Source: an uncultured virus (IMG/VR IMGVR_UViG_3300037400_001251)
Taxonomy: Duplodnaviria; Heunggongvirae; Uroviricota; Caudoviricetes
Length of the DNA: 59,469 bases
IMG/VR virus record: IMGVR_UViG_3300037400_001251
Strand: one strand, 5' to 3'
In this document: positions 20,054 through 29,129 of the stretch, piece after piece
How positions within the stretch are numbered: the first letter of the stretch is position 1
Layout of the letters: each line of letters opens with the position of its first letter
Notes under the pieces: model-generated
Told to the model about the DNA's origin: nothing
Seen by the model: only the letters and a program-made list of their open reading frames with translations
Database searches by the model: none
Position numbers and translations under genes: made by a program

Positions 20054-21187
20054 ATGCGTATTATAAAACCAACAGAAAAAGATTCTAAAATTATTCCATT
20101 ACCAGATAATTTAAATAAGGCTATATTCTTAGCTGGTCCATGTGTAAGAACGTTTAGCAAAACTAAATGTGTTTGGAGAAAAGAAGCTATAGAATATCTT
20201 AAATCTAAAAATTTCGATGGCGATGTGATAGATCCCACTAATGAATATTATGATAGTAAAGAAAAAGATTATCTTACTAAACAAGTTCAATGGGAATGGG
20301 ATGGTTTATATAAATCATCAGCTATATTATTTTGGTTCTATAGAGATAAAGAACATCCAGCTATGACTACTAATACAGAATTTGGCATGTGGTATAATAG
20401 AGATGGTGTCTTTATAGGCTGTCCAGAAGATGTAGAAAATAATGGTTATATTAAAGAGATAGCTAAATATTATAATAAGGATATATATTCTACATTAGAT
20501 AAAGCTATAGATGCTATTTTAAAAGATCTAAATAGAAGTGAAAAGAAATGGTTTCTAAGTGATACTCATCTAGGTGCTAAAAGAACACTAGAATTATCTA
20601 AAAGGCCTTTCGTTGATTTAGATGAAATGGATAGAACTATTATATCTAATTGGAATAAGTTAATTAGACCTAACGACACTGTTATACATTTAGGTGATTT
20701 TGGTAATATGGAATATTTAAAATCATTAAATTTTAATAGACTTATTTTCGTATTAGGTAATTATGAAAAGAAAGATAAACCTAAAGTTATAAAAGATTTA
20801 GAAGATGTCGCTAGATCTAAAGATATTGAAGTTTATAACTATAAAGATTATAGTGATAAACCTGGTATCTATATAGCTGAAAGAGGAAGTAAGTTTACAT
20901 TAAAAGATAATACTATAGTTAAATTAGTTCATGAACCTATTAAACCTGAATTATTAAAAGATGATGAACCTTTAGAAATTAACTATCCTTACTTTAAAGA
21001 AAACACACCTAAAGATTTATATCTATATGGGCATATACATTCTAGAACTGTCTATAAATTTAATGGAACTGATATTGGTATAGATGGTAATTACTTTAAA
21101 CCATTAGATGAAGATTATGTTATCTGGAGATTAAATGCTATTAAATTCTTAGATGATAATATCTATTATCCTATATGTCTTAAATGA
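20054..21187 (+). CDS. Nucleoside 2-deoxyribosyltransferase-like domain fused to a calcineurin-like metallophosphoesterase
   Basis: N-half: IFLAGP, QVQWE, ILFWF, TTNTEFG. C-half: SDTHLG, HLGDFG, LGNYE, HEP, YGHIH. Confidence 0.75.
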   Translation: MRIIKPTEKDSKIIPLPDNLNKAIFLAGPCVRTFSKTKCVWRKEAIEYLKSKNFDGDVIDPTNEYYDSKEKDYLTKQVQWEWDGLYKSSAILFWFYRDKEHPAMTTNTEFGMWYNRDGVFIGCPEDVENNGYIKEIAKYYNKDIYSTLDKAIDAILKDLNRSEKKWFLSDTHLGAKRTLELSKRPFVDLDEMDRTIISNWNKLIRPNDTVIHLGDFGNMEYLKSLNFNRLIFVLGNYEKKDKPKVIKDLEDVARSKDIEVYNYKDYSDKPGIYIAERGSKFTLKDNTIVKLVHEPIKPELLKDDEPLEINYPYFKENTPKDLYLYGHIHSRTVYKFNGTDIGIDGNYFKPLDEDYVIWRLNAIKFLDDNIYYPICLK

Positions 21188-21196
21188 GGTTAAATT

Positions 21197-21910
21197 ATGA
21201 AACCCAAAGATGTCATAATATGGGATAGTGTTCCTAATCCTTTAGACTTGTATCCTCCATTAGATTTTAAAGATATATCTAGTTTAATTCATAGGAAATT
21301 ACTTAGTAATTGTTATATATCTTTAAGTGATTTTCTTGATAATGAATTAGTCAAGGCTATGGATATAAGTGAAGATATTATTAAACTATGTATGTATATA
21401 CATAATCTTTTCGTTACTAATGGTATAGGACATCTATTAAAAGATTATGCCTTTACCCACAAAGGAATAATTTTATCTTACTTCTTAGATGAGAGACCAA
21501 CTAAGAATAGGCCTATGTATGTATGGGAAAACTTTCAAGATAAAAGAAGTCAAAAAGCTTATGAAGGGCCATTTGAAGATAGAGATATAATCTATAAAAC
21601 TGATAACGTAGGTTATATGTTTGATATAGGTCCAGAATATCCTAATAATGATGTAACGCATATTAGTTATACCATATTTACATTTGGTAAAGATGGCTAT
21701 AAGTATCATACTGAACCTTATAGATTTTGGGATAGTACTCTTAGTGATGTAGTTAATAACCATAATATTCTTAATGCTGAACTAAAAGAAATTATTCATC
21801 TATTAAAAAGATATGCATCTAATAATTTTGATCCTGTATGGCACTATGACTACAAGTATTCTTCTATACCTATAGCTGATAAAAAGGATTGGGTAAATGA
21901 AGAAATTTGA
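21197..21910 (+). CDS. Hypothetical protein, paralog-array member
   Basis: ISLSDFLD motif. Confidence 0.7.
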   Translation: MKPKDVIIWDSVPNPLDLYPPLDFKDISSLIHRKLLSNCYISLSDFLDNELVKAMDISEDIIKLCMYIHNLFVTNGIGHLLKDYAFTHKGIILSYFLDERPTKNRPMYVWENFQDKRSQKAYEGPFEDRDIIYKTDNVGYMFDIGPEYPNNDVTHISYTIFTFGKDGYKYHTEPYRFWDSTLSDVVNNHNILNAELKEIIHLLKRYASNNFDPVWHYDYKYSSIPIADKKDWVNEEI

Positions 21911-22421
21911 TGCTAAGAAATATGCTTCGTTATCAAATCTAATAGATGAATATCCTGGTACTATAAGAAGTATGTTAAAACTAACTAGTCAAATAGTTAG
22001 ATATGCTATATCACAAGGATTTAAACCAGATCGTATTCAAGTAGATGACAATGATTTGATATGGATAAATATACATTTTAAGAATACCAAATGGTTTGAA
22101 ACCTTTGTATTTAAAGATATAAAGAAATTTGCCAATAAGGAGAATGTGATAACTGAATCATTTTATTTAACTTTTAGATTAGAAGATTCGTATTATCTAC
22201 GTATCTATATAACCATTGGGCAACATTCTTTTCTATGTTATTATAATGATTTCAAAGAACCATTATCTTTTGATGGTATCTTTAATGAAACCATGTGGTA
22301 TATACAAGACCTAGCTAATTTAAAATGGGTACTAGAAAAATCAGATCCTATCTCAGATCGTGTTCGTTATAAACCAGATCTGCACGAAGTATTAACTAAC
22401 CATATTGTAATAGAAAGGTAG
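21897..22421 (+). CDS. Hypothetical protein, paralog-array member
   Basis: ASLSNLID motif. Confidence 0.7.
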   Translation: MKKFDAKKYASLSNLIDEYPGTIRSMLKLTSQIVRYAISQGFKPDRIQVDDNDLIWINIHFKNTKWFETFVFKDIKKFANKENVITESFYLTFRLEDSYYLRIYITIGQHSFLCYYNDFKEPLSFDGIFNETMWYIQDLANLKWVLEKSDPISDRVRYKPDLHEVLTNHIVIER

Positions 22422-22434
22422 GTGACCTTAATTA

Positions 22435-23058
22435 TTGAATGAATTTTATCTTAAGAAAAATTTCTGTTCTAAAAGCGAAATATATGATATACTAAATAGA
22501 AATATGCAAGATATAGATAAATTAAGATTAGTTAATGAATTTTATGATATAGTAAATCATACAATTAATAGATATGGTTTAAAAGATTATACTACGTTCT
22601 ATCTAGCATATTATGATACTTATATCATAATTGAAATATATCTATTATTCTACAATAAGTATTTCTATTTAGTAAGTGATAAATTTGATTCTGACGCTAT
22701 AATTAATAAGTTTCCAGAAGATATCACGCCTACTATTAAAACTAATAATTTACGTTTAGATATTAGGCTAGCTGCAGAAGCATGTGAAATTATATTAAGA
22801 ACATTTAGTTTAGATCAAAAAGAAGATATAGAAATATGCCAGACACATATAGATCTTTGTAAGAGTAAAGATAATACTAACTATAATATGTGTAGGCTCT
22901 GTATAGATCAATGGTGCGAATCGTTTAGAAGACTATTAGACTTAATTGATGATCCTAAAGAATGCATAGTATATGATAGCCCTAATGTATGTCTAGCTGA
23001 TGATTATGGCCGCTTATCATTAGAAAGACACCATGTAGACTTTATGGAATGGTGGTAA
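22435..23058 (+). CDS. Hypothetical protein, paralog-array member
   Basis: CSKSEIYD and IKTNNL, shared with 23673..24302. Confidence 0.7.
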   Translation: MNEFYLKKNFCSKSEIYDILNRNMQDIDKLRLVNEFYDIVNHTINRYGLKDYTTFYLAYYDTYIIIEIYLLFYNKYFYLVSDKFDSDAIINKFPEDITPTIKTNNLRLDIRLAAEACEIILRTFSLDQKEDIEICQTHIDLCKSKDNTNYNMCRLCIDQWCESFRRLLDLIDDPKECIVYDSPNVCLADDYGRLSLERHHVDFMEWW

Positions 23059-23062
23059 GCTT

Positions 23063-23644
23063 ATGTCAGCAATCAAATTAAATGATAAACCTAAATGGTC
23101 AATATCTGATATATTAGATTTCTCTGATATAGACTGGTTTAACAACTATGGGTTTACTAAGACATTCAATAAAGCTATTTTAATATTAGATAAATTAGTA
23201 AGACATGAATTCAATTATCTAAGAGATAGAATCGGAATTACTTGGTATTTAGGCCCTGGCAATACCTATAGATTAAAGATATATTCTTTAATTTTAAAAG
23301 ACTTATATATGTATGATAATATAGAAGTACCTAATCTTAAAATTATAGATAGAGCTGTTGAAGCCAGAGTCAAATGTAAAAGCGTTATGGTATCTTGTAT
23401 CATATATAGAGACGATTATATTCGTTTATATAATCTTAGACAATACTTTGGTTATAAGAGTGGCAAGATATATAACAATTATATACCACCTAATTCTGAA
23501 ATCTTAATCCTTAGTGATAAAGAATTGCTAGACTATTTCTATACTTTTATAGTAACTGTAGAACTTTTAAATGAACGTAAAAGATTAAGTAAAATGTCTT
23601 TTGTACCTTTTAAGGAAGGTACTTCATTTATAGAATATAGTTAA
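23063..23644 (+). CDS. Hypothetical protein, paralog-array member
   Basis: WSISDILD motif. Confidence 0.7.
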   Translation: MSAIKLNDKPKWSISDILDFSDIDWFNNYGFTKTFNKAILILDKLVRHEFNYLRDRIGITWYLGPGNTYRLKIYSLILKDLYMYDNIEVPNLKIIDRAVEARVKCKSVMVSCIIYRDDYIRLYNLRQYFGYKSGKIYNNYIPPNSEILILSDKELLDYFYTFIVTVELLNERKRLSKMSFVPFKEGTSFIEYS

Positions 23645-23672
23645 GATAACTTTGAAAGGAGGTGATAATTCT

Positions 23673-24302
23673 TTGGTAATTAAACCTAAAAAGACATTCT
23701 TTTCTAAGAGTGAACTCTATGATTTATATGTTTATCAATCATTATATAATAACTGGTTGATAAAAATTATGATAGATAAATTTCTTGCTATAAGTAAAGA
23801 TGTTATCTTAATAGACATATATAATATCACTAGATTTCATTCAAATATAGATAGCTTCGTAATAGAAATTGATTTTGATGCTAAAGATAAATGCTTTTAT
23901 TGGTATAGTTATAAAGGATTTAGTTTTATACCTGAAAGAAAATTTTCTATTGGATCTAATGATCTCATTAAAACTAATAATCTTATGTTATCTATTGCCT
24001 TTAAAATTCATAAAAATCGTTTAATCATAGACTTATATGCAACTACATATAAACTTGATAAGCACAATTCAGATGCTTCATTACTATGTATAGCTAAAGT
24101 AGATTTCTTATCTTGGGAAACTTCTAAAAATTATGTATCAGGAACATTTGCAAGTAATAATTATATCAGATATTTAAAATATCTATTTGATTTAATCACT
24201 TGGTTAAAAACTAAAAATTCTATTCCATGCATAAGTTTAGAAAAAGGCATATACGAATATCATAATGATACTTATAACTATATTGATTTTTCTATAGAAT
24301 AA
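23673..24302 (+). CDS. Hypothetical protein, paralog-array member
   Basis: FSKSELYD and IKTNNL. TTG 23673 follows the GAAAGGAGGTGA SD. Confidence 0.7.
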   Translation: MVIKPKKTFFSKSELYDLYVYQSLYNNWLIKIMIDKFLAISKDVILIDIYNITRFHSNIDSFVIEIDFDAKDKCFYWYSYKGFSFIPERKFSIGSNDLIKTNNLMLSIAFKIHKNRLIIDLYATTYKLDKHNSDASLLCIAKVDFLSWETSKNYVSGTFASNNYIRYLKYLFDLITWLKTKNSIPCISLEKGIYEYHNDTYNYIDFSIE

Positions 24303-24324
24303 CTTTGAAAGGAGAAACTCATTT

Positions 24325-24473
24325 ATGAGTAATCAAACAACATTAATCTACTTACTAGTAAAAGAACAGCTTTAGTCGAAGACGACGCGGTTTATGAATA
24401 CCAACCTCGTCTAAAAGACTTATATCCAATGGTAATAGACTTAACCAATAGAAAAGGAACTTTCTCATTTTAA
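24325..24473 (+). pseudogene. Possible frameshifted or internally deleted remnant of a paralog-array gene
   Basis: A strong SD plus ATG 24325 gives only 16 aa. A second frame reads INLLTSKRTALVEDDAVYEYQPRL..., loosely like the C-termini of neighbours. Confidence 0.3.
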
Positions 24474-24549
24474 ATAATATCTAATATGAAAGGAAGGTGA
24501 TGATTATAGATCTTATAAAAGAATTATCTGAAAGGACATAGAAATAATT

Positions 24550-25470
24550 ATGACTATCATATATAAGAATATGTTCTCTGATTCTAGCTGGTTAAGAGAG
24601 CAACTACGTAGAGATGGAGAAGATATACCAGATAATGCATATCTTCCACAAGTAAAATTACTTCATTCAAAATCTAATAATCAAAAGGAGAATGACAAAA
24701 TGTTCAACACTAATGAAATTAATAACGAAATGAATAACACTTTTACTAACATGATTGGTAAAATAGCACCAGGTATGTGCAGACTATCTATGACTGATGG
24801 TTCAATAGCTGTAAAGACATCAACAGGTTATAAGACATTCAATCCAGATACAGGTGATTTAATTAACTGCTCTCAATTCGCATTACCTATAGCAGAAGAT
24901 CTTTTCTTCGTATTACCAACTAATCATGTAGAAAAAGGCGATATTATATTAATAGGTGGTAAACCTAAATGTGTAATCGAACCTAAGAAGAATACTGTTG
25001 TAGTACAAGATTATGAAGATAGAGAAGTCAAAGAAGTAAGACATGAAAGACATATCTTCATGGGTGAGATGTATTTCTATGGTAAAATAGTTTCTTTCTT
25101 CTTCCAGAATGGTGGTAATTGCTTAAAAGGAAAGAAAGGTATGGCTAGAATGGCTCAAATAATGATGATGAGTCAAGCAGCTAAATCATTTACTGGTAAC
25201 AATAATGACGGAGGATTTGCTTCAATGTTACCTTTAATGATGTTCACTGGCAATAATCCTTTTGGCGATATATTTAATTTTGGTAATATTAAAGATAAAG
25301 AAACTGAAGATGAAGTAGAAGAAGTTACACCTGTTAATAATGAAAGTAAAAACTTAACCGAAGCTATTAGTACTCTAGTAAATGAAATCAAATCTTTAAA
25401 AGAAGTTCAATTAAAACAGAATGAAGAAATTGCTTCTTTAAAGAAATCAGCAAAAAAGACTTCTAAGTAA
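24550..25470 (+). CDS. Hypothetical phage protein with a Met/Gly-rich segment and coiled-coil end
   Basis: GKIAPGMCRLSM..GSIAVKTSTGYKT core. SD before 24550 and a second AAGGAG SD before in-frame ATG 24700. Confidence 0.8.
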   Translation: MTIIYKNMFSDSSWLREQLRRDGEDIPDNAYLPQVKLLHSKSNNQKENDKMFNTNEINNEMNNTFTNMIGKIAPGMCRLSMTDGSIAVKTSTGYKTFNPDTGDLINCSQFALPIAEDLFFVLPTNHVEKGDIILIGGKPKCVIEPKKNTVVVQDYEDREVKEVRHERHIFMGEMYFYGKIVSFFFQNGGNCLKGKKGMARMAQIMMMSQAAKSFTGNNNDGGFASMLPLMMFTGNNPFGDIFNFGNIKDKETEDEVEEVTPVNNESKNLTEAISTLVNEIKSLKEVQLKQNEEIASLKKSAKKTSK

Positions 25471-25483
25471 ATTAAGATTATCG

Positions 25484-25524
25484 AGGCCTAACTTTAAAAG
25501 ATTAAGGTTAGGCCTATTCAACAC
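25484..25524 (+). terminator. Intergenic hairpin followed by AACAC
   Basis: AGGCCTAACTTTA 25484-25496 pairs with TAAGGTTAGGCCT 25503-25515. Confidence 0.55.
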
Positions 25525-25552
25525 ATTTAAATTTGAAAGGACAATAATTAAG

Positions 25553-25789
25553 ATGTCAGAATTAAAAGAATTTAAACTTAGAGTACCAGGCTGTCCATGC
25601 ACTGGTCAATTTGAAATGGTAAATACTACATTCACAGTTACCGCAGAAGATGAAGAATCTGCTAGAGTTAGATTAGCTAATGGTAATTATGATGACTACG
25701 AATGCGAATGGGATTCTGTAGATGATTGTGAAATAGACCATTTTGATTTAAATATGAGTGAAGCAGATAATGCCGATTTAATAGAATGA
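25553..25789 (+). CDS. Small acidic hypothetical protein
   Basis: 78 aa, D/E-rich, TTGAAAGGACAA SD. Confidence 0.75.
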   Translation: MSELKEFKLRVPGCPCTGQFEMVNTTFTVTAEDEESARVRLANGNYDDYECEWDSVDDCEIDHFDLNMSEADNADLIE

Positions 25790-25804
25790 AAGGACAATAT
25801 AACT

Positions 25805-25930
25805 ATGGCTATAAAAGAAGAAACTTACAAAGAAAGAACTATTGAAGCCTTAGAATCATTAGCTGAATCTTTAAAAGGCATACATGAAGAACTAAAAGAA
25901 ATCAAATGCATTCTAAGGAGAAGTATGTAA
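25805..25930 (+). CDS. Small helical protein (41 aa, not in the ORF track)
   Basis: MAIKEETYKERTIEALESLAESLKGIHEELKEIKCILRRSM with a TGAAAGGACAA SD. Fills the intergenic gap. Confidence 0.7.
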   Translation: MAIKEETYKERTIEALESLAESLKGIHEELKEIKCILRRSM

Positions 25931-25931
25931 T

Positions 25932-26288
25932 ATGAAACACGCATGGGAAATGAACGAATCAGAATTATTAGAAGTTATGTCTGAAATAACTAAAGATGCA
26001 GTTACATTGAAAAAGAAACAAGAAGAGTTCATGAGTAACCCTAAACTTAAAAATGAAATGGAACAGATAGTAGCTGATGTAGCTTCTAGTACGTTTAAAC
26101 TTTTATCCGAAGCTGCTAAAGGTAATAATTCCTGCGACGAAGCAAGTAAAAAGATGAATGAAATATTTTCAGGAATACCTGATAAATACATGGCTATACT
26201 TAGAAAATCTAACTTATATACTGAAGAAGAATTAGAACGTTGCCGATTAATGTTAGAAGTGGGCATTATGACTAATATTAAAAAGTGA
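25932..26288 (+). CDS. Hypothetical protein
   Basis: 118-aa ORF, AAGGAG SD. Confidence 0.7.
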   Translation: MKHAWEMNESELLEVMSEITKDAVTLKKKQEEFMSNPKLKNEMEQIVADVASSTFKLLSEAAKGNNSCDEASKKMNEIFSGIPDKYMAILRKSNLYTEEELERCRLMLEVGIMTNIKK

Positions 26289-26289
26289 G

Positions 26290-26682
26290 GTGTATGTAAT
26301 GGAAGCTAAAGATTTTATAATTACTGAATATAAATTTGATGGGCATAAGTCTGAATGTAAAGAAGCTCTAGAAAATTATGTTAAGAAATTTCTGTCAGAC
26401 CTATTTAAACCTAGTTCTTTAAGTAAAGCTAAATTCATAACAATTACCAAAGCTATATTTAGAAAAAGATTAAGAGAACTTACTTTTAGGTATAGTGTAT
26501 TCATAAATCCTAAAGATGATACCGTTGATTTAAAGATATCTACAAGTAGAGAAAGTAAACTTAAACTTTCTAAGATATATAGTTATCCTATAAAAGACGG
26601 TAATATCAAAACATATGAAAAATTTGTTTTTGATTCTGCAAATAATTTTTATGCAACCTGTGATACTTTAGAAAAACTTTAA
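26290..26682 (+). CDS. Hypothetical protein
   Basis: 130-aa ORF ending just before a terminator. Confidence 0.7.
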   Translation: MYVMEAKDFIITEYKFDGHKSECKEALENYVKKFLSDLFKPSSLSKAKFITITKAIFRKRLRELTFRYSVFINPKDDTVDLKISTSRESKLKLSKIYSYPIKDGNIKTYEKFVFDSANNFYATCDTLEKL

Positions 26683-26692
26683 TCATTAATTT

Positions 26693-26730
26693 GGCATAGT
26701 AATCTTTTAAATAGGTTACTATGCCTTTTT
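26693..26730 (+). terminator. Intrinsic terminator
   Basis: GGCATAGTAATCT / AGGTTACTATGCC stem followed by TTTTT. Confidence 0.75.
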
Positions 26731-26760
26731 AACTCTTAATAGAAAGGAGCATTACTTATA

Positions 26761-27183
26761 ATGTCAAAATGTGAATTACCTGTATGGTTAGTAACTAATC
26801 AAACTAATGTTACTGACTTCTATAACGTATTAGATTTTCTAGCTTTTAGATGTACTGATAATAAGCAAAGTAATCTAACATCTATGTGTAATTGGTGTGG
26901 ATTAACTAAAACTAGATTGAAATTAATATTAAGTATATTAGTTAATTCATATATTGTAAAGAAAGCAGATATTAGCAGCGTCACAAGATATTATTATAGT
27001 TTAACTGATAAAGGTTATGAATGGCTAGAACTGCTAAGTAAGTTGTATCTGAGAGTTCTAGCCTATAAGAAAAAGACTACTGAAAATAAGATGTCTGAAT
27101 TAAGATTAACTTGCGAACGTAATAAGATTAACTGCTTAGATTTACCGAAAGGAATAGATTACTATGTCGAATACCTCAACTAA
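26761..27183 (+). CDS. Winged helix-turn-helix (MarR-like) protein
   Basis: HTH-like LTSMCNWCGLTKTRLKLILSILV and wing YYYSLTDKG. Confidence 0.6.
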   Translation: MSKCELPVWLVTNQTNVTDFYNVLDFLAFRCTDNKQSNLTSMCNWCGLTKTRLKLILSILVNSYIVKKADISSVTRYYYSLTDKGYEWLELLSKLYLRVLAYKKKTTENKMSELRLTCERNKINCLDLPKGIDYYVEYLN

Positions 27184-27580
27184 AAGGATCTTAAAGGTTA
27201 AGTTTAAGCTTTTAGAACTTATGACTTTTAAAGAAAACTTAACTCAAAGATTATTAGCTAATTCAGTAGGTTTATCATTAGGTCATACCAATAAGGTATT
27301 AGATGAATTGGCTTTAAATGACTATATCAATATTATAAAAGATACTGAACATGGTAAAAGATTCCTATACCAACTAACACCTGAAGGTGAAAGGTATATG
27401 GTTCAAATAGCTAATCAATTAGCAGTTATTCTTATAGATGAATATAATGAAGCAAAATCTAATTATTCATCTGTTATAACGATACTATCCAAATATGATA
27501 AAGATTTTAAATTAGATACTGTTAGAAGAGATATCATATCAAATTGGCTATATGATAAAATAGATAAAGAAAGGAGGTAA
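27164..27580 (+). CDS. MarR-family winged-HTH regulator
   Basis: LTQRLLANSVGLSLGHTNKVLDEL and wing RFLYQLTPEG. Confidence 0.8.
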   Translation: MSNTSTKRILKVKFKLLELMTFKENLTQRLLANSVGLSLGHTNKVLDELALNDYINIIKDTEHGKRFLYQLTPEGERYMVQIANQLAVILIDEYNEAKSNYSSVITILSKYDKDFKLDTVRRDIISNWLYDKIDKERR

Positions 27581-27829
27581 ATGAAATTGAAGCCAGATTT
27601 AATGAGGTGTATTGAAGAAAATATTAATGAAGTAACCTATAAAGATTATGATGTTGTGATAGTAGGACTTATTTTAAGCGCCTTCACAGCAATAGTAGCT
27701 GTTTTTGGACTTATAGAGACTAGAAACAAACTAGATGTATGTGAAAGAAAACTACTTGAACTTGGTTATTCTTATAATAATGAAACCAAAACTATAGAAC
27801 CTAAAGCAAAACTTGTTTTTAACAAGTAA
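27581..27829 (+). CDS. Small single-TM membrane protein
   Basis: Hydrophobic VVIVGLILSAFTAIVAVFGLI, AAGGAGG SD. Confidence 0.7.
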   Translation: MKLKPDLMRCIEENINEVTYKDYDVVIVGLILSAFTAIVAVFGLIETRNKLDVCERKLLELGYSYNNETKTIEPKAKLVFNK

Positions 27830-27881
27830 TGAAAAACTTAGTAAAATAACTTAACTTTAAATTGAAAGGACAATATTAATA

Positions 27882-29114
27882 ATGTTACACAAAACTTTAC
27901 ACGCACTCTATTCTGTTAATCTTCCTGTTATGATATGGGGTAACCCTGGTGAAGGCAAAACCGAAATGGTTAAAAAGTTTGCTGAAAGAATGAACAAGAA
28001 AACTTATCTATTCTATGCAAATAAGTGTGAACCTAGTGATATAGGTGGCATTCCATTTACTGCAGATGTGTTTGATAAAAATGGAAACTTTGTAGAAAAG
28101 ACTGTTAAACATGCTAAGCCAGAATATATCAAACTATTTGAAAAAGAAGGAGATAGAAATATCTTATTCGTAGATGAATTAACCACTTGCAATCCATCTA
28201 TTCAAGGCGCTTTACTTACAGTTATATTAGATTGTAACTATGGTGATTTTCAAATAGCTAAAGATACATTTAGAATAGGTGCTGGTAACTATAATAATGT
28301 TATTGGAACCCATAAGGTTAATATGGCTTTGATGAATAGATTTGTCCATATATTCTGGAAGTCTAGACCTGAAAGATGGGCTTCTGGTTTTATAACTGGT
28401 TTTAGTAATTCAGAAAATGCCATTATCAATAATTATGATGGACAGCATCCAGATGAAGATTTTATTGAAACTTATTCTACTATAGTAGATAATAAGGGTA
28501 ATATACTTAATACAGATCATAAAGAAAAAGTAACTAAAGATTTATATTATAAACAAGCTATAGGTAAATTCGTTGTGGCTAATCCTCAATATTTTAGATT
28601 AGAAGAATTACCTACATTAACTGATGTTAAGAATGTAGCTTATCCTACTCCAAGAACTTGGGAATACGTTCATAAGATATTAACTAAACTAGATAGAAAT
28701 ACTACTGATAAGAATACTGGTGAAAACTTATTATCTGAATTAATTAAAGGTACAGTAGGTGAAGAAGCTGGTATTGCTTTTATGAAATATCTAGAATCTT
28801 ATAACTTCCATGGTATGAATATGCCATCTTATGTAGGCCATGAAGAAACATTCGTATTTCCTAAGAAAGCTGACCATAGATATATCGAAGCTAACTTTGA
28901 ATCTCTTATCTATTACTTCAAGAGTGAGCCTAAGAAGTATGAAAAACTAACTCTGTTTGTAAGTAATCTATTATTTGATATGGCATTCAAAGGTATATTA
29001 ATGAAGTACTTGGCTTTCTTAGTATCTACATTTAGTAGAGAATTAGGATATACTCATGTAGACTTCCAAGATAAATGTAAATGGTATGACTTAATTAGAT
29101 ACGCTAGATTATAA
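27882..29114 (+). CDS. MoxR-like AAA+ ATPase
   Basis: Walker A WGNPGEGKT, Walker B LFVDE, ALMNRF (Arg finger), PTPRTWE. Confidence 0.9.
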   Translation: MLHKTLHALYSVNLPVMIWGNPGEGKTEMVKKFAERMNKKTYLFYANKCEPSDIGGIPFTADVFDKNGNFVEKTVKHAKPEYIKLFEKEGDRNILFVDELTTCNPSIQGALLTVILDCNYGDFQIAKDTFRIGAGNYNNVIGTHKVNMALMNRFVHIFWKSRPERWASGFITGFSNSENAIINNYDGQHPDEDFIETYSTIVDNKGNILNTDHKEKVTKDLYYKQAIGKFVVANPQYFRLEELPTLTDVKNVAYPTPRTWEYVHKILTKLDRNTTDKNTGENLLSELIKGTVGEEAGIAFMKYLESYNFHGMNMPSYVGHEETFVFPKKADHRYIEANFESLIYYFKSEPKKYEKLTLFVSNLLFDMAFKGILMKYLAFLVSTFSRELGYTHVDFQDKCKWYDLIRYARL

Positions 29115-29129
29115 GGAGATGTAATAACT

